From: Callorhinchus milii
Taxonomy: Eukaryota
Direction: 5' to 3'
Length of the DNA stretch: 64,000 bases
Assembly (NCBI RefSeq): GCF_018977255.1
Contig: NW_024704742.1
Span: 47,864,001-47,928,000 of the forward strand
Position 1 is the stretch's first letter; each line of letters opens with the position of its first letter. The translations under genes were made by a program, and so were the position numbers. The notes beneath the pieces were generated by a model. The model was not told the DNA's origin. It worked only from the letters and a program-made list of their open reading frames with translations, and searched no databases. Of this stretch, positions 1 through 12,606 are shown piece after piece.

Positions 1-833
1 TGGATGCACTGCACCGGAGTGTGTCATGATATTCTGCAAATAATTGTTGTGACAGATTTCTCATGGTGTCTGAATTGCAAAGTTTAAAGCTTGTGAACAA
101 AGAAGGAAGATACTAAAATCTTGAATAAAATTCACAAAGTAGGGAGGACTACTTGGCACCCTGCTTTGCAAGAGGTTATTTCTGCACTACTGTCAATAAA
201 AACATAATGTCATGATGTGACATTTCGATTATAGGTTAGACACGCAAATAACACATAAATGACTGATACAGGAAACAGCTATACTCTGCAAGCAAGCGTA
301 GCTGCAACAGATACAGCTAGTAATATAATAATCCTTATATTTGATACAGAGCCTTATCGCATTGTCAAGACATCTCAAAGCGCTTCACAAGATTGACTAT
401 AAAGTGTAGTAACTGTGTATTTGCATGCAAACATAATAAAAGACATATAACTGATACAGTGACTGAGGGGAGAGGAGAAAACATACCATTTTACAGAAGG
501 TAGTTAGTTAACGGCGATACTTATTTTTCCCCACTACTACCACTACCACGTAAATTTCCCCTATGATTGTTACTGAAGTAGGGAAGTTAGATGTTGGTTT
601 TAACACTGTACAGCAGCTAGAATCACTTGCTTTCCCAAATGGGAATACGGTTCCTGCAATTAATAGGTTGGGATTTTAGCTGCATATTCTGGAAGGATTT
701 GTCTTTTATAAAAGATAGTCATTCCAATAAGTATTCAAGCTGATAGAGCGTCCACCAACCAAGTTCAATGTTTAGTTCTGTACGCTATATACATGGAGAG
801 TAATGATGATACATTGTCAAGGTCATGTTATAC

Positions 834-973
834 CTTGATCAGGGAGATCATGAGAGATGTTGGGCTGTGACAGGTCTTGAATGATCTGTTCTTTGGGTAC
901 TTTTGGGTCATAGATGTGGAGCTTAGCACCTTCATCCAGTAAATATTTGCTGATATAAATACTGGACGACTCC
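834..973 (-). CDS. UGDH: UGDH coding exon 8 (140 nt); remaining exons are outside the window
   Basis: [46 protein letters not shown]; AG/GT boundaries; next exon not found in 1-833. Confidence 0.96.
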
Positions 974-1866
974 CTATAAAATAAAGGAAAGTCATCATTA
1001 GCTAAAAGATCGACCACAAACAAGGTAGAATTGAGCTGCTCTGGTAATTTTTGTCAGTTTCTCACCTGTCACACACAGCTTAATATACTTATTAAAACAA
1101 TTTAAACACTTAACCATTTATTTTCTGACTTCCTGCTGATTCCCATCTGTCATCACTTTTATCAGTAAAGTCTACATGAAATTAGCAGATACAAATTTGA
1201 CAATAAATTCATGTTATATTTTTAAAAAGGAGAATTCAGTTGGCATAGTGGGTTGGTTTATGAGACATGAATTTGATTATTTCCTCTGTTGTTTGAAAAA
1301 CATTAAAGGTGACGGGGAGGAAATTGGGAGACTTTGCAGACTTTTTGAGAGTGGAATGAGATTAGGTGGCTCATGAGGAGAAAACCAATAGTGGATAACA
1401 ATAGAAACACAATAAAAACATAATGGACTGCAAGGCCCTTTTTGTAATATTCTCCATTCTGCTATTACACGTGAAAATCTAAAGATCTGCCACTTATACA
1501 TTTTTGGAGACAAGTCCAAGTGCATGAAAGCATTCCCTGTGTTACACATACGGCTTTCGATTGATACATAAATTAGGGTAACCATTTGTCCTGAATTTCT
1601 GAGGACAGTCCCCGGATGAGGAATTGTGTACCTGGCCATATTTGCCCTGTCTTGAGTTCAGCAACAAACTGAGTAAGATTAATAAAATTCTAAAACAGAT
1701 ATACTCATCAGAGAAATATAGCCATTAATCCAACGAGCTTCTCCAGTACTTACCAGCATCAGGAATTGTGGTGTGTTGATTTTTTTAATATGTGTCCCTT
1801 GATTTGGTTTGCAACATATGGTAACCCTAAATAAATTGCAAAGTGCATTAAAAGTAATATAGTTAC

Positions 1867-1997
1867 CTTGTGTCTCCGGTGTCCTTTTTGAAAGCAAATC
1901 CCAATAGGGCGATCTTTTTGCCTGTCACTGTGTTGAAAAGACAGTCAATAATGCGGGTAGCAAACCTTCGGCGCTGATAGTTGTTTATGTCAATCAC
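1867..1997 (-). CDS. UGDH: UGDH coding exon 7 (131 nt)
   Basis: [44 protein letters not shown]; AG/GT boundaries. Confidence 0.97.
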
Positions 1998-2059
1998 CTA
2001 AAACAAAAATCATATAAGTGTGTTATAATAATAATATAATCATAATAATATTTGATATA

Positions 2060-3150
2060 ACAACAAAAACACCTTTCGCCTTTCATGTCGGGAGGACGTC
2101 CCAAGACCCTGAATAATCAGGGATCAGGACCTGAGCGTGGGGGGGGGTGGGAGGGGGAGGGGGCGCAGTGTGGGATGAGGGAGGGCAGAGGGGGTAGGAA
2201 GGGGGCTGAAGGCACGGTCAAAAAGGAGGGTCTTGAAGGAGGCAAGAGAGGGAGCAAGACAAAGGTATTGTGGGATGGAGTTCGAAAGGGTGGAGGCAGA
2301 GAGGCTGAAAGCTTACCGATCGTAGGGCGGATCGGGCGGGAGACATGGAGCAAACCCGAGCCTGCTGAATGGAGGGAGTGGGCAGGTTGATAGAGGGTTA
2401 GTAGGTCAGAGAGGTAGGAGGGGGCAAGGCCATAGAGGGCCTTGAAAGTGAGGACGGGGATTTTGAACTCTATCCTCTGAGGGATGGGGAGCCAGTGGAG
2501 CCAAGTGAGGGTGGGGAAGATGGGGTCACAGCCTGGTGCGTGAGAGTTGCAGAGTCCTGGATGATCTGCTTGTGGAGGGAAGAGCTGAGGGAGTTTGTGT
2601 AGTCGAGCCTTGAGGTGACGAATGTGTGCATGAGGTTCTCGGTGGCCTGAGGGGTGAGGCAATGGTGGAGTCGGGAAATGTTGCGGAGGTGGGGGTAGGC
2701 CTAATAATAATCCCTCCAAAAAAATAAAACAATAATAAATTGGTCATTTTCAATCCATGACTGTTTGTGGGACATTGCTGTGGGCAATTGGCTGCCGCGT
2801 TCGCCCACAAATATACAGTCAATTCACTTTACAGTGTGTTCTGTGAAGCGCTTTGGGACGTCCTCCCGACGTGAAAAGCGCTATATCAAATGCAAGGATT
2901 ATTATAGGCAGAGAGCGGGTTATGGCACAGATATGGGGGAGAAAGGACAGTTGAGGATCGAACAAGACACTCAGGTTCCTGACTGGCTTGATGAGGTGGA
3001 ATATGCATCCGTGGATGGTGATGCTGTCAGCGCCTGAGGTGCAGAGGCGCTGGTGCAAACCAATCAGGAAAACCTTGGTCTTGTTGACATTCAGCTGCAG
3101 AAAGTTGCTCTCATCCAGGACTTGATGTCTGACTGATAGTCTGCTGTAGT
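2060..3150 (-). mobile_element. L2-clade LINE 3' fragment interrupted by a SINE
   Basis: Remnant peptides NFLQLNVNKTK and [14 protein letters not shown]...LAPSYLSDLL; (TTG)-type tail near 2060. Confidence 0.88.
2701..2904 (+). mobile_element. 5'-truncated SINE nested in L2
   Basis: Near-identical to the SINE bodies at 12400-12606 and 41945-42137; TAGGC on both sides. Confidence 0.9.
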
Positions 3151-3714
3151 GCCTTATCATGCCATTGATACATCTCAAAGCATTTCACAGAATATACTGC
3201 AAAGTGAATTGACTGTACATTTTGTGGGCGAAACAGCAGTGTGCAATTGTTATAGTCGTGGATTGAGGGAATGCTCGTGGAACGCTAGTTAGAATAACCA
3301 GAAGCTAGAAGCAGTCAGTTTTTCAAATTAATGCAGTATATATTCCCGAAGAGTTAAAAATAAAAAGTTTTTTTACTGTACGCGTACTTCATTTTTCGAC
3401 TACGATTATTAGACAAAGTTTCAGAATCAAAATAGATATTTCAGTGCCGCTCTTTATTATAATTGATGATAATTATTTGCTGAATTTCCTCCAAGTGCAG
3501 TAGAATCTGGATACTTGTTCCAAGAAACAGAATCCACCATAACATTTCCATTAACGCCCATTAAATTGAGAAATCTGGATCTATGTACAATTTATCCCAC
3601 TTACTAACAGATCAGGACTTCTTCAGCAAGTTTTAACATGTAAATTTGCCCTTACACACACAAAATGTTATTCAGCACAATGATCATGTTACAGAAATTC
3701 CCCGTGACATCTTA

Positions 3715-3870
<156 letters not shown>

Positions 3871-3930
3871 TCAGCCTCTCCAATTATTTCAATGAATATA
3901 AATCTGCACAATTGTTCCTAAAATAAGTCA

Positions 3931-4083
<153 letters not shown>

Positions 4084-4584
4084 CTAATGATAAACAGAAA
4101 TGGGAGAAATAATTAGGCCGATAAACCATTTATATCTATCATATTTTCCACTGATCATTTTTTTTCCACAAATGAAGGATCGTAAAATAAACAAATGCAT
4201 TTACATTTTCATCACACTTACACAAATGAAGACAATATAGGGAGTGTGGTTATTAAATCCCTAGTGCAACAGTCACATCCTGATACAATATAAAATATAC
4301 GTTTGTAAAGCGCCTTTCACGTTGGGAGGACATCCCAAGGCGCTGGACAGACAGGGATTTGGACCCGAGCTGGGGAGTTGGGTGCCTGAAGCTGCGGATG
4401 TAGGGTTTTGAGAAGTGCCTTGAAGGATGCAAGGGAGCAAATGAGGTGAAGGGAATGTGGGACAGAGTTCTAAAGGGAGTGTGTCTGATACACCGAGACA
4501 AGAGCTGTCAACCTGAGGAATAACTGTGAAATAGAAATATTACACGTGTGGCACTTAAACCAAGTTTGATGTTGGAAGTTGTAC

Positions 4585-4782
4585 CAGTTTGGAAAGTTCT
4601 GAGGACCATGTGTTGGTGGTGATGATTCTGTCCTTTGGTACCCAATGCTTGTACACTGAGCAGAGAGCCTGGATAGCCTTCTGACCCTCCGGGGTCTCAT
4701 CTCCCCCGATCAGCACTCGGTCTGGGTTTTTCAGATCCTTAACTGCAGTCCCTTCAGAAAGGAATTCTGGGTTTGACAGCAC
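4585..4782 (-). CDS. UGDH: UGDH coding exon 4 (198 nt)
   Basis: [27 protein letters not shown]...[12 protein letters not shown]; AG/GT boundaries. Confidence 0.98.
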
Positions 4783-5158
4783 CTACCACAAAAGAAGATG
4801 AGATGTCAGATGGATGCAGTTACTAAAAAAAATTGTAAACATGCATCAGTCAAGTTCATTGCTAAGAAGGGAAAAGCAACTGAAAGAAATTTCTGAGGAG
4901 TCTGAAATTGTTTAACGCAGATGTTGGGGTAATTTATGCATCTCCCTTAACATTAGACATATTATTCAGTTATTTTGCCTATATATACATGGTCACTGCA
5001 CTTTATAGTAAATTCTATGAAGCACTTTGAAACCTTTTGACGATGCGATAAGGCGCTATATCAAGATTATCATTATTATTTAAACTGTTATAATAAAAAT
5101 TAAGCAGTGGAATTATCAGTTTGCATTTCAATAACCAGTGGAACAATGTTTCAGTTAC

Positions 5159-5359
5159 CTGTAGCTCTAGATTTGGTTTTGCGTTTGAGTGGAATATCCT
5201 GCGGATGCTCTCGGCGGCTCGCACAGGCACTGTGCTTTTCTCAGTCACTATTTTGTACCCATTGGAAACTGCCACTATCCTCCGAGCGCAGGATTCAATA
5301 TACTTCAAGTCTGCAGCCCGGCCTTTGCCCAGTCCATATGTTTTCGTGGGGGTGTTCAC
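5159..5359 (-). CDS. UGDH: UGDH coding exon 3 (201 nt)
   Basis: [28 protein letters not shown]...[15 protein letters not shown]...LQ; AG/GT boundaries. Confidence 0.98.
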
Positions 5360-6007
5360 CTGTCACAAAGCGAAGAACACACACATGCTCAGAATTCCTC
5401 CTGTAACCAGGGATTTATTGTCTCAGCTTTGAATGTAAGAACATAAAAATTTGCAAGTTGAAAGAAGACCAAGGTCCATCCAATTTGCCCTTCACCATCC
5501 TGGCAGCCACGTGCACAAGTCTTGTCCCAAACTATATATTATATCCTGAGATATTAGTAATAATTTGATCTGACTAACAGTGGAACCTCTGCTAGGGGCC
5601 ATGAACATTTTCTTTTCCACATTTCATATTTTGCAAATGTTGAACATGTTTGTTAAGAATTCATTTTTCTTAATTTTGATCCTCTGCTCTTCACCACGTG
5701 CCAATACCAAGCCACAAGGCTGCACCTCTGACAATGCTGTTCTTAGCCAGCGGCTAGGAGATGCAAATGATGTGACTATCCCACATGACTCACCCTCCCA
5801 GTGGGAGTTCATCACAGCCCACTTTATTTTAGGAGCCAGTTTAAGAACTGCGGAGAATTTTTCACAATTCTGCACAAATTTACGATTTAAAGCAAAATGA
5901 TCCTACAGGCTAAGGCTCAGTTGAATTTCTGGTCTCGGGAGCTTCATGCATTCAGGAGAGGAGAATACAAATCCTTTGCGAGGCAACAGAAAATGAAAAT
6001 GACTTAC

Positions 6008-6109
6008 AGAAATGAATATTAAGTCAGCTTCTCGAATGGCTCCGTCAATGTCAGTCGAGTAGAATAAATTCTTCCCTCTGCAAGATTCAACTACTTCCTT
6101 CAGCCCTGG
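6008..6109 (-). CDS. UGDH: UGDH coding exon 2 (102 nt)
   Basis: [34 protein letters not shown]; AG/GT boundaries; follows an 88-nt intron. Confidence 0.98.
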
Positions 6110-6197
6110 CTGGGAAAAAAAAATCAATTTTAAAGGTGCACCACAGGCCAGCGCTGAAGAGGTTAATGAAAGAGAGGGCGCAAACTCTTGGATGTAC

Positions 6198-6359
6198 CTC
6201 GTAGATAGGAAGCTTGTCAGAATTCCAGGCCTTTATTCTTGTTTCGTTAATATCCACGACAGTGACACAAATTTCAGGACACATCTGTGCAATCACACTG
6301 CATGTTGGACCCCCTACGTATCCAGCACCAATACAGCAAATCTTCTTGATTTCAATCAT
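6198..6359 (-). CDS. UGDH: UDP-glucose 6-dehydrogenase, coding exon 1 (162 nt)
   Basis: ATG at 6359; [30 protein letters not shown]...LPIYE with the Rossmann GxGxxG motif; GT donor at 6197-6196. Confidence 0.98.
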
Positions 6360-8056
6360 GCTGACTGGAGAAAAAAAAAAGGTCAGGATGGAAATTGCTG
6401 TGAATAAAGTATTAAGTATTGAATAAAATATAAAGTATAAAATCTTGGGATGTCCTCCCAACGTGAAAGGCGCTATACGTACGTAAAGATATTCCCTCCT
6501 CTTTGACCGTGTTTTAATGGTCACCTCCCCCTTCCCCCACGCCTGGCTTAGTGTCAGGCTCTGCACTGTTAGGCGCTCTGAGATGCTGCCCCGTGTGAGG
6601 CACGGTATATAAACGAACGTTGTAGTACAGGTAACTATTAAGTGCGCAATTGGCTCCTGCATCTCGCCCACAAAACACACAGTCAATCCACTTGAAGTGC
6701 TTTGAGGCGTCTCAACTAGGCGCTATATTAAATGCAAGGCTTATTATTATTAATAATAGGGGACTGATTCGGTCCGTATTTCAATCAGAAACAAATTTTT
6801 GCAGCATCACGAACCTCAACAACAACAACAACAACTTGCACATCGTATCTCATTTCTCCACCACAAGTCCTCTCCCCTCCATATGAGAAGGGCCCACAAA
6901 GACACCCTTATACTTGCGTAGCACCTTTCATATAGGATAATGTCTTGAAATGCAACCCAACTCCCTACCTATCTCAGTCACTCCACTATGACCAGGCTAT
7001 TTATTTCACTGCTGTTAATCTGTTTACAAGCACGGGATAACAGGAGCCATTCCTGTCAATTTGAATCTGTATCATCTGTACTGTACATTTTGATGCACAA
7101 CAGCCTCAGACACTTTAATACACTCTTAATTCAAACCAGAAGTTAGGTGTAAACTAATCGTCCATTTGACAGAACATGAATCAATGATGATCTTACCCCA
7201 GCCATTAATTATTTCCCCTTTTTTACAAATTTACAGCACAACTCATTTACACACACACACGCACATATTCACATAAGTGGAATAACTGACCAGAACTGGA
7301 AGATTGATCACTGGTGTAAGACACACTCTGGTGCTGTTGTCAGTGGGATGTGAGCTGCTGCTTTCACAGCTGAAGTCCAGACACTCCCACAGGAACTTCA
7401 GGTCAGAAATCAGTCACTGTTACATCAGACGCAGTAAAAAAGAGGGAGAGATCTCAGGGAAGACAAATGCACCTTGTCTTTATTTTTTTGCGATCAAAGT
7501 GCAGCGAGTGCAACGTGGTGTTTTTTGTTGGTCAGAAACTCACACGAGACCAAGCAAACTGGAAGGGAAAAACACCCCAACACATCACTGCTTTACAGAA
7601 AGCAAACTCGGTGACAGAAATCTACAGCAACTATTTTAACGAGTACAACAACAATAACAACAACGCGTTCATCCAAGTTTTCCGTTAAACCAATGAAAGA
7701 GTTCAGCCCACTTTTTCAAAAAAAAACTTTCACTTCCTTTTAAAAACCAAATAAGTCCTCATCATACTCTGAGAGTGAGATCATTCGCATTGCTACTTAA
7801 GTGCAACTGTTGGACTTCCTCAAAACATTTCCCTTTTTCTGCTGGGAGAGAAGATTGTTCATAAACTGCTCTGTTTGGAGGAGGAGGGAGTGGGGGGCAA
7901 AAGGTTTTACACTTTAAAGGAAAACTGGCTTGAAAATGCTGCCCATCCCCCATCCCACTTCCACAGAAGAAATCAAATGTGACTTGGCATTTCCGCACTT
8001 GAACCCAACCTTGGAGGAGGCGCCTGAACAACACAAGTAAAGGGGCCGGTGCTTAA

Positions 8057-8161
8057 CCCAGCGCAGCCCAGCCCAGCTCAGCTCAGCTCAGCCCAGCCCA
8101 GCCCAGCGCAGCCCAGCCCAGCTCAGCTCAGCCCAGCCCAGCCCAGCTCAGCCCAGCCCAG
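8057..8161. repeat. Pentamer tandem repeat (CAGCC/CAGCT)n
   Basis: About 20 consecutive pentamer units. Confidence 0.95.
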
Positions 8162-8186
8162 GCAACCAGGACACTGAGCAGAGCCT

Positions 8187-8708
8187 TGTGTGTGAGTGTG
8201 GGTGAGTGAGTGTGTGTAAGTGAGTGTGTGTAAATGAGTGATTGTGGGTGTAAGTGTGTGTGTGTGTGTGTGTAAATGAGTGGGTGTGGGTGTAAGTGTG
8301 TGTGTGTGTGTGTAAATGAGTGTAAGTTTGTGTGTGTGTGTGTAAATGAGTGAGTGTAAGTTTGTGTGTGTGTGTAAATGAGTGAGTGTGGGTGTAAGTG
8401 TGTGTGTAAATGAGTGAGTGTGGGTGTAAGTGTGTGTGTAAATGAGTGAGTGTGGGTGTAAGTGTGTGTGTGTAAATGAGTGAGTGTAAGTTTGTGTGTG
8501 TGTGTAAATGAGTGAGTGTGGGTGTAAGTGTGTGTGTAAATGAGTGAGTGTGGGTGTAAGTTTGTGTGTGTGTAAATGAGAGTGTGGGTGTAAGTTTGTG
8601 TGTGTGTGTGTAAATGAGAGAGTGTGGGTGTAAGTGTGTGTGTGTGTGTGTGTAAGTGAGTGAGTGTGGGTGTAAGTTTGAGTGAGTGAGTGAGTGCGTA
8701 AGTGAGTG
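8187..8708. repeat. TG-rich compound minisatellite
   Basis: Repeated units like (TG)nTAAATGAGTGAGTGTGGGTGTAAG. Confidence 0.95.
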
Positions 8709-8756
8709 CGTTGCACGACCGGAACATTGAACATTGTCAAACACCAACCAACTCAC

Positions 8757-9100
8757 GTGTGGAGATACTGTCAAACTTGGATCCGAAAGAAAAATCAAGT
8801 GGAACAGAGCCAAAGGGGAAGGACTGAAGTTTGTGACCACCAAAAAAAACACACAACGCTGTACTTTGATCTGCAGTTTGCACCTCATTGAGATCAACAA
8901 CAACAACAACAACAAGAAGGTGCATTCATCTGCCCTGCGATCTCTTCCTCCTTTCTCTCTTGTTTTTTTTCCCCCCACTCTGTGTGTGTGGTTTTGGCAG
9001 TGGCTGCTTTCTGACCTGAAGCTCGTGTGGGAGGGTTAAGATTTGAGATGGCAATGAACCAAAGAGGTCCTTCAGCACAACCACCCCTGTGACGTGCGGG
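8757..9100 (-). other. UGDH: Candidate non-coding first exon and proximal promoter of UGDH
   Basis: Strong minus-strand donor CAC|GTGAGT at 8757/8756. The first coding exon has an acceptor only a few nt before its ATG, so an upstream UTR exon is needed. TGACGTG at 9090-9096. 5' boundary unknown. Confidence 0.4.
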
Positions 9101-9764
9101 GGATCCAGGCAGGGCCTGTCCTCTTGAGCTGTGAAAGCAACAGTTCTCATCCAACCCAGAGCAGTGCAAGGCTGTGGGGCTGGGACACATGGAGCCCAAT
9201 TAGCTCAGTTCGATCTTAACACCTCCAAAATGTACAGGAGCTCTACATTTAACATCATTAAAGTGCTATATCAAATGCAAGGATTATTATTATTATTATT
9301 ATTATTATTGTCGCAGGTTTTTTTTAAATCCCTCCAAAAAATGTTGTTGTTTTTTTGACCCCGGGATCTCATTTTACGTACGGCCAAAATGGGGCAATAA
9401 TTTGACGCCCACTCCGGGAAAAAAATAAAACTGGGAAAAATCTGCCACTTCTTTTACATGCTCTTACCGTGTTAAAGATGTACTTTAAAGATGAAGACCA
9501 TGGTGGGGGGTAGATCTAGGGGTCTGTATTGGCGGAGTCTGACCCTGACCCTGGGGAGGTGGGGGGGAGAGGGAGGGAGTGGGGGGGGGCAAAGCGTAGG
9601 CGCTGAGGGGGAGTTTGGGGGCTCCCAAACTTACTGAGACTGAGGTATTTTTCACTGTACCTATGGTCGCCTCTCCCTCCCTTGCTCGATGTCCAACCCC
9701 ACCACTGTGCAGCACTCCAAGATGCTAACCCGTGTGAAGGGCTCTGTATGTTAAAGATAATAAT

Positions 9765-10087
9765 AAAATAATAATAATCCTTGCATTTGATATAGCGCTT
9801 TTCACGTCGGGAGGACGTCCCAAAGCGCTTCACAGAACACACTGTAAAGTGAACTGACTGTATATTTGTGGGCGAACGCGGCAGCCAATTGTGCACAGCA
9901 ATGTCCCACAAACAGTCGTAGATTGAAAATGACCAATTTATTATTGTTTTTGTTTTGGAGGGATTATTATTAGGCTCTGTGTGGAGTAAGGAAACTTGCC
10001 CAAGGTTTCATCCTGACCTGCCTGGAATTGAACTCAGGTCTCTCACTTGCAAAGTGAGTGCTCTAACCACTGAGCTACAGGACTCCA
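9765..10087 (-). mobile_element. Full-length tRNA-headed SINE
   Basis: Head TGGAGTCCTGTAGCTCAGTGGTTAGAGCAC...GTTCAATTCC (A and B boxes), conserved body, (ATT)n tail. Confidence 0.92.
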
Positions 10088-12019
10088 CGATAGTCAGAGG
10101 TCATCACAAATGTTTTCACAGCACACCTCCAAACAGTTCCTTTCCTCTCAGATCACTAGCAAGGGATTCGAGCAGTGACATATGGAGCGAGTGCCAAGAC
10201 ACTGTCCTGAAGTATGGTACTAAAGTGCAGCGCTGTGGTGAGCTTATTTGTGATTTGAACTGAAATATATGCATATAATAATCCTTGCATTTAATGTAGC
10301 GCCTTATCACGTGTTTAAGATGCCTCAAAGCGCTTCACAGAATATACTGTAAAGTGAATTGACTGTATATTTTGTGGGCAAAACACAGCAGCCAATTGTG
10401 TAATGTCAGTTGTGGATTGATCCCAGAAGCTGAGAAAAGTCCCCTTCAGAGAAATTCAGTTTTTAATGATCGACTCACAAAACAAATCCAGGTATTTATT
10501 GTGAAAATCAGTAAATCATGACTTAAAGATCCCTACATTTGAAGCACGCCAAAGGCATTGGGTGCATAAAATGACTAGAGAAAGACAGATGAATGAAAGA
10601 TTCCACTCTCCGATCATCGTTACTCTTAAGATTCAACCGTAGGTATTTTGAGGCTCATTGTGCCATTCAGTCTATCAAATGTGTTTCATACTGGAACTAT
10701 TCCCAAAAGTGATGGTGTGCAGTAGTCTGGTGGGATGGTATGTCAAGTTATGTGCATGTATATAGAGGTATACAAGATGCTTAATGGGATAGAGAAAATA
10801 AACCCAAATAAATATTTTCAGACAATGCCAAGGCAACAGAACGAGAGAGCTCCAGTTTGGGTTGTGCATGGCCATTTCAATTTAGGTGACATTAAACTTG
10901 AGACCCCCATCTGCACGTTCAGGTGAGTGTTAAAAATCCTATGGGCACAGTTTCTCCTGGTGTCTTTGACAACAATCCCCCAGATAAAATTGGTTATCCA
11001 TTTCCTACTTGTTTGTGGGACATGGTTGTGTGCACATTGGCTGCTGCATTTTGCTACAATTAGTCACTACACATATATTCTGTGAAGCACTTTGAGGTGT
11101 TTTAACGTGTTTATGTGCTCGATCAAATGCAAGAATTTAACAAAAACTTAGCAAGAAGGTTCTAATTGTGCAGGTGTGAATCCAGCATTCAGAGCCAATA
11201 ATGTGTAAAAGCACATAATTAATAAAGTTGTATTTTTAATCATTGCTGTCATGTTTCCAGTGCTCCAAGATGCAATTCTGCCTGAAGGGTGTTATATAAA
11301 CACAATTTGTTGTTGATCATTATGTAACTCATCTTGAAAATAATTATTGAAGTTAAATAAAATTGCAAATTAAAAATCTCCAGCTATTTGCATTTCCCTT
11401 ATTTGATTCTCTTTCATATGCACACACACACAATTAAATACATAGCATCCACTGTTTGCACCTATAGCATTACAGCAGTTTAAGGACAATGCCTAACTCA
11501 ATGGTGGTGATGAACTGAGTCAGAACTAAATCAATCTGCTTTTCATATTTCACAAACATGTGAATCATCTCACAAGCCCATTCCAGGCAAAGTGCCAGAC
11601 AAAAGAAAAATCAGTTTGTGCAACCAACCTTTTATAAAACAGGTCTATACTAAGCTGAATCTCTCGAAGGCAAGTACACTCATTTGCTGACATAATGGGG
11701 AATATCTCTTGTGAAATTTGTGTTGCTTTCACCAACAGAGCATCGTTAGAATTTATTCCTTGGCTTTTAAATGTTTAACAACCCTTTCCAGCCACCTGGT
11801 TTGTCAACAACCCTTGAGGCGTTCCATATTGTTGATTGCAGAAGAATGATTTAAGAGCATGAGAGCAATGAGAACGGTGCTGATTATGACATTCCCTGAC
11901 GCTGCTGAATTGTACAGAAAGCAGCACTGTTCATTCTTCTGTAATCAACATTATCTGGAAGAGAGCAGTAACATTGGATTTGAAGGGATTATTGTTACTT
12001 CCTCCTTACTGCTAGGTAA

Positions 12020-12133
12020 GCAAAGGCGTATCAGGTAAGGAAACTTGCCTAAGGTTTTGCCCTGCCTGGAAATAGAACCCAGGTCCTCTCTCTTGCAAGG
12101 TGAGTGCTCTAACCACTAAGCTACAGGACTCCA
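12020..12133 (-). mobile_element. SINE head fragment
   Basis: Reverse complement of the same tRNA-like head. Confidence 0.85.
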
Positions 12134-12293
12134 CAGATAGAAGAATACTTGGAAATTCATTGGTTTGGCATCAAGAGTAAGTTTTCTTAGAAAATGATTT
12201 GTGATTTTGGAATCGTTTAAATGGAAATGTTCTTTTCAAATGTGATGTTAAAAGTCAAAGGGGATGTTACTTGAAGGCATCAGACTAATAATG

Positions 12294-12606
12294 TGGAGTC
12301 CTGTAGCTCAGTGGTTAGAGCACTCGCTTTGCAAGCGAGAGACCGGAGTTCAATTCCAGACAGAGCGAAACCTTGGGAAAGTTTCCTTACTCCACACACC
12401 TAATAATAATCCCTTCAAAACCAAAAACAATAATAAATTGGTCATTTTCAATCTACGACTGTTTGTGGGACATTGCTGTGCGCAATTGGCTGCCGCGTTC
12501 GCCCACAAATAAACAGTCAATTCACTTTACAGTGTGTGCTGTGAAGCGCTTTGGGACGTCCTCCCGATGTGAAAAGCGTTATATCAAATGCAAGGATTAT
12601 TATTAT
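12294..12606 (+). mobile_element. Full-length tRNA-headed SINE
   Basis: A box TAGCTCAGTGG, TTGCAA anticodon-like loop, B box GTTCAATTCC, L2-like tail and (ATT)n. Confidence 0.92.

Noticed and set aside
8057-8161. Immunoglobulin switch-region-like GAGCT/GGGCT array
   Set aside because: Only about 100 bp and no Ig segments nearby; best explained as a simple pentamer repeat
8123-8978. Long His/Thr/Leu-rich ORFs in three frames
   Set aside because: Translation of the TG/CA minisatellite, which lacks stops on that strand
12294-12365. tRNA-Ala(TGC)-like gene
   Set aside because: The acceptor stem does not close, and the sequence continues into a SINE body found in many copies
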